The notes under the pieces: generated by a model | Seen by the model: only the letters and a program-made list of their open reading frames with translations | What the model was told of the DNA's origin: nothing | The model's database searches: none | Source of the DNA: Ignavibacteria bacterium | Lineage (GTDB): Bacteria; Bacteroidota; Ignavibacteria; UBA10030; UBA6906 | Length of the DNA: 64,000 nt | Assembly (NCBI GenBank): GCA_040290295.1 | Contig: PSMW01000001.1 | Span: 79,298-143,297 of the forward strand | Direction: 5' to 3' | In this document: positions 7,501 to 15,436 of the stretch, one piece after another | How positions within the stretch are numbered: position 1 is the stretch's first letter | Layout: every line of letters begins with the position of its first letter | Made by a program: the position numbers and the translations under genes

Positions 7501-10164
7501 GGACGGCTCGAGCATCACCTGAAAGCGTATGCTGATCAAGTGAAATCGAAGAAGATCAAGAATGTCATCTTCACCGGATTTCTTTCCAGAGAAGAACTCG
7601 AAGTGTTGTACGCCGAGGCGCGTGGGCTTCTGTTCATGTCATTGTACGAAGGTTTCGGTTTCCCTGTCCTCGAAGCAATGGCTCGGGGTTGTCCGGTGAT
7701 TGCATCGAATTGCACCTCGATACCGGAAGTGGCAGGCGACGCTGCTATCTTACTGCCGCCAACCGCCGTTGAAGAAATTGCGCAGGCAATGCACCGACTG
7801 CTGACAGGCAGCAGCTTGCGAGAGGAATGTCGGGCAAAAGGGGTGGAGCGCGCGCAACTCTTTACGTGGGACGCGACGGCAGAACGCACACTGCGTGTGT
7901 GGGAGCGGCTGTTAGAGATTCCGCACACGGTATCACCGACACACTCCGCAGAGAGTGAGGGGAGAAAATCGGGCGATGAGAGACAATCTTCTTCCAACTC
8001 CCATATCCAGCCTCAGTGCCATACGCTCAGTTTGCAGGATCAATCCGATGCAGCGAAGGAGCCGCGAGAATCGAACAATGACGCAGAAGCGCTACCACCG
8101 TTGGTTTGGGAAGGTCCAATCTTCAGTCACGGTTCGTTAGCGCACGTAAACCGAAACATTGCTCGACAGCTTGCCAAGCAAGGCGTTCCACTGTCTATCT
8201 GTGTGAAGAGGGAAACCGGCGGCAATCTTTCTTCGGATATTCGGTTCGCGGCAATACGGTCACTCGTCAACAAGAACGTCGATGGGCAAGCGATCCACAT
8301 TCGCCATCAGTGGCCCCCGGATCTATCGCCGCCGACGAGTGGCTATCTGGTGATGATCCAGCCGTGGGAATTCGTTAGTCTGCCCAAGGAATGGATTCGC
8401 TTCGTCTGCACGCACGTCGATGAAGTTTGGACATACACGCAGTACGTGAGAAACGTGTACATCGCCAGTGGTGTCTCCCCGGAGCGTGTCCACGTTGTTC
8501 CGCTCGGCGTCGATCCTTTTGTGTACCATCCCGACGGGGGAATCTTCCCTCTCAGAACGAAGAAAACATTTCGCTTTCTTTTTGTCGGCGGCACAATTTA
8601 CCGAAAAGGGATCGACCTGCTCCTCGACGCTTACGTGGCTGCGTTTGACCGCGACGACGATGTTTGTCTTGTCGTGAAAGATTTCGGCGGCACCTCCTTC
8701 TACAAAGGTCAAACGATGCAGGAAAAAATTCGATCCATCCAGCGGGATCGTCGTGCACCCGAGGTCGAGTATATCGATCACGTGTTGACCGAGGATGAGA
8801 TGGCTGCATTGTATCGTACCTGTAATGTTTTGGTACAGCCATATCGTGGTGAAGGCTTTGGGCTTCCGATACTGGAAGCAATGGCGTGCGGTGTTCCAGC
8901 CATTGTGACCAAAGGAGGGGCATGTTTGGATTTTTGTCATGGAGAAAACAGCGTCCTGCTTCCCGCTGTGATGAAGCGATTGCCGGAAAAAAAGGTGGGT
9001 GAGTTTGAAACGCTCGATTTCCCGTGGATATTTGAGGTTGAAGGTGAAGTGCTGAAGAGTGCACTTCGCGATGCGTATGACCATCCAGAAGCGCTGAAAG
9101 CCAAAGGTGAGCGTGCTCAGCGAGAGGTGCGTGAGCGATGGACGTGGGAACATACTGCGGCATGCGTCCGACAGCGCGTAGCCTCGCTGGTCAAGAAGCC
9201 GACATTTCGTACTTCCACGGCCCTTGCCGTTGAGCAGCTCGAGGTTTCCGTGCGGGTTGCGGGCCGCCTCTATGCCGAGGGACGCTATGAGGTAGCGTTA
9301 TTTCTCAGTACGATTGCACAGGAGCTCATCGCTTCACGATTACCGAGTGAGGATCAGCCGAGGCTTCAGGCAGAAGTCGAGAACTTTCGTGGTGATTGCT
9401 TTTTTCGCATCAACGCGTTCGATGATGCGAAACAATGCTATGAGGCAGCCCTGCAAGCGAATCCCACGTCGTCTCATGCCTGCGCCGGCATCGCCGATGT
9501 CTTGTTCGTATGCGGGTTCGACACACAAGCGAAAACCTTGTATGAATGGGCGGTCAAGTACGACCCTCAGAACAAGCGGGCAGTGCAAGGTTTGGCGAAG
9601 GTCAACGCAGAGCTTCATCTCCCGCCGGACGATAACTCCTTGCTGATGGATGGCTCGATACAGAGCAGCTTGGAATACCTGCAGGTTAAAGCACTGGAAG
9701 AGTTGCAGGCAGGCGACCTGCAAGCCGCCATTCAAACTGCCGATGCGATCGAATCACTCCTTGCGTCAAGTCCGCCGCCAGAGCAAGTGCAGGAGCTTCG
9801 AGCAGCAACACTCAACTTGAAAGGTACGTGCTATCTCCGGCTTTCTGAAATCTCGAATGCGAAGCGTTGTTTCGAAGCGGCGCTGCAAGCCAATCCACGG
9901 TCATCAGCGGCATGTGCAGGATTGGGAGAAGTGTTCTGGGCATTGGGCACAGTGGAACATGCGAAAACCATGTTCGAGCGGGCGCTGAAGAACGATCCTC
10001 ACAATGAATCGGCACATACCGGACTCCGGAAGGCGAACGATGCATTAGGTTTGCCGCCGGACCACCGCACGCTTTCTGTAGCTGAAGACTCGAATCTGGT
10101 GCATGATGAAGATGGAAACGAATCCAACAGCTCACAAACGGTAACCGTCAATGCCTCACAGTAA
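4591..10164 (+). CDS. Multidomain glycan-assembly protein: class-I SAM methyltransferase + GT8-like + GT2 + GT4 + GT4 glycosyltransferase domains + C-terminal TPR repeats (1857 aa)
   Basis: Uninterrupted ORF. Motifs in order: GAEIGVQAGAFS and IYLDADHSY (MT); WLDADIM and INTGVLVV (GT8); ITFAILTHN, VVVDNASTDGT, FLDNDVEL, WHEDDDYC (GT2); EGFGFPVLEAMARGCPVIAS (GT4-1); GEGFGLPILEAMACGVPAIVT (GT4-2); repeated TPR-like A-L-x-x-N/D-P units at the end. The start may instead be the ATG at 4636 (MKQCGY). Confidence 0.8.
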   Translation: MPYRQNSTSHESVILMKQCGYTATSHFQISKREELGALFNRLGLLGNGAEIGVQAGAFSAVQRRSWQGKRLHLIGRWRHAEDYHDIANVSQPQQDRLYRSVIEKFSGDRIVTIYRLDSVEAASQFPDNFFDWIYLDADHSYNECTADLHAWYPKLRAGGVFAGHAFVDGVVEAGEFGVKSGVEEFIKPLHIELFFTQESEWKSWYFVKPDHQGCAFVTLAAGEFFQRTFDRYFRESLEQYAERVGVPRYIFREPWDRTPSALRRSLAWQKLLIFELPDLARFDRLCWLDADIMTTRSSENIFECVAGNQWGAVSELRNFTSPDELGRVYESRGVPVLSDMINTGVLVVHRQTHAHAMHALYGEAMERRGQPEQRDGGWFEQPYLSHVLMSEFTGTVLPVRFNRLVVRHLLRLPRPQDVYTMLSRSSVFLHWPGRPAEKFSEDELESVMSIVQSTEVERVSIPAKTSSLHALQTTTSTLRGHTMSHARITFAILTHNALEYTKRCLQSIERTTPAPYRIVVVDNASTDGTPQWLAECGIENLHYVLIEKNLGVPGGRNRLICEIMPSLEPSEFVLFLDNDVELLDGWYLPFLHLFQKEPTVGIAGVVGHSIIVGKDRRDLLPAPTQQAEEVDLVSGFFMLMRSDAIRAVGFFDETLGRFWHEDDDYCIRAKGAGFRVFAVPTKAVFHHAHKSGVALPSIAKGGSPENQKYLAKKWRCLGLVNAHGKIVQRRGVAAKRAKQVIIGVDARTFQYQESVSRGIGHYSFSHLLHVARLRPDWQFVLYRESDNIPSSMEPLLALPNVTTKSVDEYTSNAIDLFHVCDPLNALFGFDSPFRLFPAERMTVTFYDLTPLRLYFPVMPESFQTAYRQRLRQLQQSGATLLAISQYTRDDLIREGIVPADRVEVVMAGLNQSVGPKSFPSDSVRELKSRLSISKPFFLHVGALDPHKNFETTLKAFVTCSKRMPCQLVVVGRLEHHLKAYADQVKSKKIKNVIFTGFLSREELEVLYAEARGLLFMSLYEGFGFPVLEAMARGCPVIASNCTSIPEVAGDAAILLPPTAVEEIAQAMHRLLTGSSLREECRAKGVERAQLFTWDATAERTLRVWERLLEIPHTVSPTHSAESEGRKSGDERQSSSNSHIQPQCHTLSLQDQSDAAKEPRESNNDAEALPPLVWEGPIFSHGSLAHVNRNIARQLAKQGVPLSICVKRETGGNLSSDIRFAAIRSLVNKNVDGQAIHIRHQWPPDLSPPTSGYLVMIQPWEFVSLPKEWIRFVCTHVDEVWTYTQYVRNVYIASGVSPERVHVVPLGVDPFVYHPDGGIFPLRTKKTFRFLFVGGTIYRKGIDLLLDAYVAAFDRDDDVCLVVKDFGGTSFYKGQTMQEKIRSIQRDRRAPEVEYIDHVLTEDEMAALYRTCNVLVQPYRGEGFGLPILEAMACGVPAIVTKGGACLDFCHGENSVLLPAVMKRLPEKKVGEFETLDFPWIFEVEGEVLKSALRDAYDHPEALKAKGERAQREVRERWTWEHTAACVRQRVASLVKKPTFRTSTALAVEQLEVSVRVAGRLYAEGRYEVALFLSTIAQELIASRLPSEDQPRLQAEVENFRGDCFFRINAFDDAKQCYEAALQANPTSSHACAGIADVLFVCGFDTQAKTLYEWAVKYDPQNKRAVQGLAKVNAELHLPPDDNSLLMDGSIQSSLEYLQVKALEELQAGDLQAAIQTADAIESLLASSPPPEQVQELRAATLNLKGTCYLRLSEISNAKRCFEAALQANPRSSAACAGLGEVFWALGTVEHAKTMFERALKNDPHNESAHTGLRKANDALGLPPDHRTLSVAEDSNLVHDEDGNESNSSQTVTVNASQ

Positions 10165-11713
10165 TTGCCACCGCCGCCCGACGCTCTCGGTCAGCATGAT
10201 TGTGAAGAACGAGGAGGCGTTTCTCGACGATTGCTTGCAGAGCGTGCAACCAGTTGCGGATGAGATCGTCATCGTCGATACAGGTTCGACCGATCGTACG
10301 AAGGAGATCGCTCGAGGTTGGGGAACAAAGGTCTTCGACTTCGCATGGCAGGGTGACTTTGCAGCCGCGCGGAACTTCTCTCTGCAACAGTGCACAGGTG
10401 ATTGGGTGCTGTATATCGATGCTGATGAACGACTCACGGCAAAGTCGGCGCAAGCTTTGCCTCGACTGCTTTCACGCAACGAGGCAGATGCGTACACCGT
10501 CATCATCGACAGTCCTCAAACGATGCGGCAGGGAAGATTCAAGCAGCAGAATGCGTATCCACGTCTCTTTCGGCGGTTCGAGGGGATTGCATTCGAGGGG
10601 CGCGTGCACGAGCAAGTGTTGCCCTCACTCCAACGGCAGCGGCTCAAGGTTCTTCCTTCGTCTGTGACGATTCTTCATCTCGGCTACGATCGCGGGTATG
10701 ATGTTGTAAAGAAAAAAGCAGAGCGCAATCTCGAACTCTTGCAACGTCAGCTCGCCGTGAATCCCGGCGATGCTTATACGCAGTTCCAAGTCGGGAACAC
10801 GTTGGTTGTACTTCAGCGGTACGATGAAGCCGAGTCCATACTCGATCGCGCTCTACGCAACCCTCATCTCGATCGCAGCAATCGAGCATCGTGTTACAAC
10901 CTGATGGCTGAAGTAGCCGTGCGACGAGGTGATCCTCATCGCGCTGTGCAGATGTGTATGAGGTCGCTCGAAGCGGTACCGATTCAGATGATGGCGCGAT
11001 GGTTTCTCGCTCTTCTCTACTTCGACCTTCAAGAGTTTGATCAGGCGATACGGGTCCTTGAGGAAGTAGCGAAACTTCTGGATGAACCTTCGACGGTCCG
11101 ATTGAATCACATTGCTTCCGATCTCGATCTGAGGCGCTACCGTCTGGAGCTGCAACGTGCGATGACGTATGCAGCGGCGGGGAAAATGGCTGAAGCTGCC
11201 GATCGGTATCTTGCTGCAATAGAGGAGGAGCCGAGCAGTCGCGAAGCGGTTGAAGGTCTTCTTCGGTGTGTGGATCGAATAGGCGAGAGTGTGGTGGGTC
11301 TGCGTCTGCTTGAACGAGCGGCGCTACAATGCCCGAAGGAAAAACACATTCACATTGCGTTGGCTCGGCGGTATCACGAGCGAAAAGAGTTCGATGCCGC
11401 GTTCCACCACGTTGACTGCGCGATGGCATTAGAACCGGAGGATGGCGACACGTACGCGCTCGCGATCAAATGGAAGATGGAGTTGGGAGCCACCGAGGAA
11501 GCGTGGCGTTACATCGAACACGCCGAAGCGTGCGGTGTGCAAGCGTTTGAATTCCACAAGGCGTCGCTTCAGCTTTCCTTGTCACGAGGTGATCTCCGAT
11601 CCGCCTTCAAGCATTTAGAGTTGATGGCACAGACAAGCCAAGCCGACCTCACACCCCTGCGGAACCGGCTGGCTGCTCTCGCAGCCAAAATCTCATCCCA
11701 ACCTTCTGCGTGA
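10151..11713 (+). CDS. Family-2 glycosyltransferase with C-terminal TPR repeats
   Basis: N-terminus LSVSMIVKNEEAFLDDCLQSVQPVADEIVIVDTGSTDRT...YIDADE is typical of GT2. The C-terminal ~330 aa are TPR-like helical repeats. Overlaps the previous gene by 14 nt. Confidence 0.8.
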   Translation: MPHSNCHRRPTLSVSMIVKNEEAFLDDCLQSVQPVADEIVIVDTGSTDRTKEIARGWGTKVFDFAWQGDFAAARNFSLQQCTGDWVLYIDADERLTAKSAQALPRLLSRNEADAYTVIIDSPQTMRQGRFKQQNAYPRLFRRFEGIAFEGRVHEQVLPSLQRQRLKVLPSSVTILHLGYDRGYDVVKKKAERNLELLQRQLAVNPGDAYTQFQVGNTLVVLQRYDEAESILDRALRNPHLDRSNRASCYNLMAEVAVRRGDPHRAVQMCMRSLEAVPIQMMARWFLALLYFDLQEFDQAIRVLEEVAKLLDEPSTVRLNHIASDLDLRRYRLELQRAMTYAAAGKMAEAADRYLAAIEEEPSSREAVEGLLRCVDRIGESVVGLRLLERAALQCPKEKHIHIALARRYHERKEFDAAFHHVDCAMALEPEDGDTYALAIKWKMELGATEEAWRYIEHAEACGVQAFEFHKASLQLSLSRGDLRSAFKHLELMAQTSQADLTPLRNRLAALAAKISSQPSA

Positions 11714-11827
11714 ACTGACTGCACACATCCTCCACGCGAATCACAATGGAGTTGAGGACTTTTGTAAGACTTGCACTTCTGCTGTCACCTAAGTCCTTGA
11801 ACCACAAATAATTAAGGCGTCTCCCAC

Positions 11828-11854
11828 TAAAGAAACTCCATGCGTCTCCGATAA
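11828..11854 (+). promoter_or_regulatory. Sigma-28 (FliA) class-III promoter of the flagellin operon
   Basis: TAAAGAAA-N11-TCCGATAA compared with the consensus TAAAGTTT-N11-GCCGATAA. It lies 90 nt upstream of the flagellin ATG in an AT-rich intergenic region. Confidence 0.65.
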
Positions 11855-11892
11855 TGAGTGTAGAGCAACAAACTGCTCAACAACAAAACACT

Positions 11893-11908
11893 CGGGCATG
11901 GAAGCCCG
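11893..11908 (+). promoter_or_regulatory. Predicted CsrA binding site 1: GGA presented in a hairpin loop of the flagellin 5' leader
   Basis: CGGGC-ATGGAA-GCCCG: a perfect 5-bp stem with the GGA motif in a 6-nt loop, 36 nt upstream of the flagellin ATG. Confidence 0.5.
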
Positions 11909-11930
11909 GATCATCCATATACACAACATA

Positions 11931-11940
11931 CAAGGAGGTA
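11931..11940 (+). promoter_or_regulatory. Flagellin Shine-Dalgarno (AAGGAGG), also a predicted CsrA binding site 2
   Basis: CAAGGAGGTA ends 4 nt before the ATG at 11944. The GGA-containing SD mirrors the two-site arrangement of the B. subtilis hag leader. Confidence 0.5.
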
Positions 11941-11943
11941 GTT

Positions 11944-12768
11944 ATGCCATTAACCGGTGGTGCTCGTATCAACACGAATGTTGCTGCGATGAACGCGTTG
12001 AATGCGTTGAACGCAATCAATCGCGACCTGAGCATGCATCAGGAGCGCCTGGCAACAGGCCGAAGGATTAACACGGCAGCGGACGATCCGTCGGGCTACG
12101 TCATTTCCAAGAAGATGGAGGGAGGTATTCGTTCGTTGAATTCCGCGTTGGACAACTTGGGTGACGCACAATCCACCTACGGTGTTGCTGAGGGTGCATA
12201 CCAGAAGATTGCTGACCTCTTGGTGCAAATCAAGGAGAAGCAAACGCGCTTCATCAACGGTGCGTTCGGTGCAGACGAGAAGCAGGCGATCGCGACGGAA
12301 ATCTCGGGGCTGGCTTCGGAAATCGACGACATTGTCTCGACGACGAAGTTCAACGGGGTGCAGTTGCTGAGCGGCACGTACTCGCAGAACTTCCAGGTCG
12401 GTGAAGGCAGCACCGAAGTGTTTACGGTTGCCTTCAGTTCGAGCGTTTCGTCGGCGGCGTTGCTTGGCGTCGCAGCGGGCAGCATTACCACTGCCAATGT
12501 CACCACGCTCACCGTGGACGTAGGTCTTGGCACAGTCAACACGGCGATCGGTGCAATCGGTGCGTCGTTGAATCGTTTGTCTGTAAAAGAGGCAAACCTC
12601 AACACGGCCATCACGAACACCGAAGCAGCGAAGAGCCGCATCTTCGACGCCGACATTGCCAAGGAGCAGATCAAGGCTGCGAAGCTGCAGATCCTCCAGC
12701 AAACGTCCACGTCGATGCTGGTGCAGGCGAATGCATCGCCGCAGGTGTTCCTGTCACTGTTCCGATAA
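11944..12768 (+). CDS. fliC: Flagellin (short, 274 aa)
   Basis: MPLTGGARINTNVAAMNALNALN...RLATGRRINTAADDPSG N-terminus and ...SRIFDADIAKEQIKAAKLQILQQTSTSMLVQANASPQVFLSLFR C-terminus. The strong RBS favours ATG 11944 over the ORF-track start at 11854. Confidence 0.95.
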   Translation: MPLTGGARINTNVAAMNALNALNAINRDLSMHQERLATGRRINTAADDPSGYVISKKMEGGIRSLNSALDNLGDAQSTYGVAEGAYQKIADLLVQIKEKQTRFINGAFGADEKQAIATEISGLASEIDDIVSTTKFNGVQLLSGTYSQNFQVGEGSTEVFTVAFSSSVSSAALLGVAAGSITTANVTTLTVDVGLGTVNTAIGAIGASLNRLSVKEANLNTAITNTEAAKSRIFDADIAKEQIKAAKLQILQQTSTSMLVQANASPQVFLSLFR

Positions 12769-12799
12769 CCTCGAGTACACAGTGGCTTGACGAACAACA

Positions 12800-12826
12800 G
12801 GAGCGGCGCCCCGTAAGGCGCCCTCC
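12800..12826 (+). terminator. GC-rich hairpin after the flagellin gene (possible intrinsic terminator/attenuator)
   Basis: GGAG(C)GGCGCC-CCGTAA-GGCGCCCTCC forms a 10-bp stem with one bulge, followed by the AT-rich AGTATTATCT. There is no clean U-tract. Confidence 0.45.
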
Positions 12827-12851
12827 AGTATTATCTACCGAAAGGGAGTGA

Positions 12852-13235
12852 ATGACAAACGGAGGTTTATCCCCGATGCAGACAGCAGCACATACACCGG
12901 CACCGCCGGTCGAACGATTGTTCTCGGCGCCGAAAGTTCATTCCGCGCTGACAACGTACCGTAAGGAACAGGTTCTCAATCTCTCGCCCGTCGAGGTGAT
13001 TGATAAACTGTATGGAGTCGCGATTCAAGCAATCAAGAAAGACGACAAAGGATTGGCGTACCGAGCAATGAACGAGCTTATCGCGGCACTGAACTTCGAG
13101 TATCAAGAGGTTGCGTTGAGTTTGTACCGTCTGTACCAGTATGCGAAGTACTGTCTGCGCCAAGGCAAACATGATGACGCCGTCGAGGTTCTGGAAGAGC
13201 TTCGTTCGGCTTGGAAAGAAGCATTCAAGCTCTGA
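12852..13235 (+). CDS. fliS: Flagellin-specific export chaperone FliS
   Basis: YRKEQVLNLSPVEVIDKLYGVAIQAIKK matches the FliS core (Y..n.V.tasP.eLi.mLY). Position next to fliC/fliD. An alternative start ATG at 12876 has a better-spaced GGAGG. Confidence 0.75.
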   Translation: MTNGGLSPMQTAAHTPAPPVERLFSAPKVHSALTTYRKEQVLNLSPVEVIDKLYGVAIQAIKKDDKGLAYRAMNELIAALNFEYQEVALSLYRLYQYAKYCLRQGKHDDAVEVLEELRSAWKEAFKL

Positions 13236-13260
13236 CACCGATATGTAACGGGAAGAGGCA

Positions 13261-14700
13261 ATGCCTGAAATGTCGAACATATCGAGCCAGATCGATTCGC
13301 TGGTCCAGCAGTATCGACTCAGCATCGGTAAGCCGGCACGGCGACTCGAGGACCGGAAGACGTCGTTGAACGCGCGACTGTCGGTTCTGGCCGAACTCAA
13401 ATCCAAGCTCACGGCGTTGCATGCGCTTGCGAAGGATTTGAAAGCGACCGGTGCGCTGTCCAAGTTCAGTGCTTTTTCGGTGGACGGTTCGCTCCCCTCG
13501 ATCGTCACTGCGACAGCGACGTCAACCGCAGCGGTGGGTATGCATACGCTATTGGTCACGCAACTCGCCAAAGCTGATACCGTGATCTCCTCTCAGCTCA
13601 GCAGTGCGGCAACGACGATTTCCGCTACTGAAGGAGCTGGAACCAAGACGGTGCGTCTAACGGTGAACGGTGTCTCGGTAGATGTATCGTTCGAGATCCA
13701 AGACGGTGATACCAACAGCCAGGTGCTGTCGAGGCTGGCGTCGGCGGTCAACGCTGCGTCGGGTTCGAAAGTATCGGCGTCGGTCATCAACGATACAACG
13801 GGTACGAGCAGGCTGGTGCTGACGAGCAAGGAGAGTGGTTCGACGAACGCCATTACGCTCGAGGATGTGACCGGTTCGGTGTTCAACACCATCGGTCTCG
13901 GTGCCGATGTGGTCGCGAACCGAACTGCCACAAGTGGGACCGCCGGAGGATACTTGTACTCCTCGGTCGATTTGCTGAATGCAAAATTCAAGCTCGACGG
14001 TGTGGATATCGTCCGAGGCACGAATTCCGTGAGTGATGTGCTGACGGGCGTGACGTTGGAATTGAAAGCCGTCCAGAACCCAAACGATACACCGGTGTCG
14101 TTGAAGATTGGGGTGGATAAAGCGAAAGTGAAGACCGCGGTCGAAGATTTTCTCAAAGTGTACAACGAAGCGTTGTCGTACTTGCAAGCGAAGACCTCGG
14201 TAAACCCGGACAACAAGACGCGCGACATTCTCGCCAGTGATCAAGTCTTCAAAGGCTTGCGGATCAGTCTACGCGCCGTGATGAGTAGTGCGGTGAGCAG
14301 CGTTCTCAGCGGCAATCCAGCGGTGCTGGCGGACATCGGCATCAAAGCGAATGCGGATGGCAGGCTGAGTTTGAGCGATGCCGCGAAGTTCGAGGATGCG
14401 CTGGCGAGCGATGTGCGGAAGGTTGCCGATCTTTTCAACTCCACCGACGGTATCGCTGTCCGCTTGAGCAACGTGTTGGAAGGATTCACCACCTTCGGCG
14501 GGCAGATCGATATCGCACGCAATGGTACGCAGGATCAACTCTCGAACGTTAGCGCAGCACTCAAGCGCGCCAATGCAGAGATCGATCGGAAGGTGCTGGC
14601 GTTTCGGACACAGTTCGAGGCGCTGCAAAACGCATTGAACAGGATTTCGTTACAATCACAAGCAATTTCACGACTATCACAACAACTGTACGGATTCTAA
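13261..14700 (+). CDS. fliD: Flagellar filament cap protein FliD (HAP2)
   Basis: N-terminal SSQIDSLVQQY...RLEDRKTSLNARLSVLAELKSKL and C-terminal FRTQFEALQNALNRISLQSQAISRL heptad regions. Size 479 aa. Confidence 0.85.
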   Translation: MPEMSNISSQIDSLVQQYRLSIGKPARRLEDRKTSLNARLSVLAELKSKLTALHALAKDLKATGALSKFSAFSVDGSLPSIVTATATSTAAVGMHTLLVTQLAKADTVISSQLSSAATTISATEGAGTKTVRLTVNGVSVDVSFEIQDGDTNSQVLSRLASAVNAASGSKVSASVINDTTGTSRLVLTSKESGSTNAITLEDVTGSVFNTIGLGADVVANRTATSGTAGGYLYSSVDLLNAKFKLDGVDIVRGTNSVSDVLTGVTLELKAVQNPNDTPVSLKIGVDKAKVKTAVEDFLKVYNEALSYLQAKTSVNPDNKTRDILASDQVFKGLRISLRAVMSSAVSSVLSGNPAVLADIGIKANADGRLSLSDAAKFEDALASDVRKVADLFNSTDGIAVRLSNVLEGFTTFGGQIDIARNGTQDQLSNVSAALKRANAEIDRKVLAFRTQFEALQNALNRISLQSQAISRLSQQLYGF

Positions 14701-14720
14701 AGAGGTAGGGAGGAAAGACA

Positions 14721-15077
14721 ATGTCCATAACAATCGAACCATCGTTCACACCGGTACCGGTGACTTCTCCCGAAGAGGTGTTCTTGGACCCGACGCGTCG
14801 TTCGAAGCAGCACGATGCTGCCGTCCGAGAGGCGGAACATCACAAGAAGCTCTCGCGTGAGGAGGTGGAAAAAATCGTGCGCGAAGTAAACGACCAACTG
14901 CAGGCGATGCACACGGAGTTGAACTTTTCGGTGGACAAAGAAACCGACAAACTGGTATTGCGCATCATCAACAGCAAGACGCACGAGGTGATTCGACAGA
15001 TACCGGCGGAAGAAGCGTTGCGGATTGCCGCGCGCATCAGCAAGCTGCTCGGTCTCCTGATCGACGGGAACGCCTGA
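14721..15077 (+). CDS. flaG: FlaG family flagellar protein
   Basis: LNFSVDKETDKLVLRIINSKTHEVIRQIPAEEALRIAARISKLLGLLID is the characteristic FlaG C-terminal block. GGGAGG RBS. Confidence 0.85.
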   Translation: MSITIEPSFTPVPVTSPEEVFLDPTRRSKQHDAAVREAEHHKKLSREEVEKIVREVNDQLQAMHTELNFSVDKETDKLVLRIINSKTHEVIRQIPAEEALRIAARISKLLGLLIDGNA

Positions 15078-15079
15078 GT

Positions 15080-15424
15080 ATGGCACTCGCTGAGGTCTTG
15101 CGCTCGACGCTCCTGTCGCTCATCGAAGTGACGAACGAGTTGTGCAAAACGGTGGCGGATGGTGATTACTCGCCATTGAGTGAGCTTTTGGACCGGCGCG
15201 AACAGTTGCTCGAACAGCAAGCGTTTCTGCTGGCACGGTGGAAAGATTTTTCTCAGAATGTCGATAACGAACGTAGGGAGCTTGCCCGATTGCGGCCCCT
15301 GTCGGACCTTCTTCACAAAAATGACGAGCACCTCACTGGGCTCATCGCACAGAAAAGGGATCAGATAGCAGAACAATTGCGTCGAGCGGAGAACCAGCGC
15401 CGACTGCTTGTCTATTCACGCTGA
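15080..15424 (+). CDS. Small helical flagellar-locus protein, FliT-like export chaperone candidate
   Basis: 114-aa all-helical protein. LCKTVADGDYSPLSELLDRREQLL resembles the FliT pattern (gdW..l..l...R..l). Position after fliS/fliD/flaG. Weak similarity only. Confidence 0.45.
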   Translation: MALAEVLRSTLLSLIEVTNELCKTVADGDYSPLSELLDRREQLLEQQAFLLARWKDFSQNVDNERRELARLRPLSDLLHKNDEHLTGLIAQKRDQIAEQLRRAENQRRLLVYSR

Positions 15425-15436
15425 AAGGAACATGCT

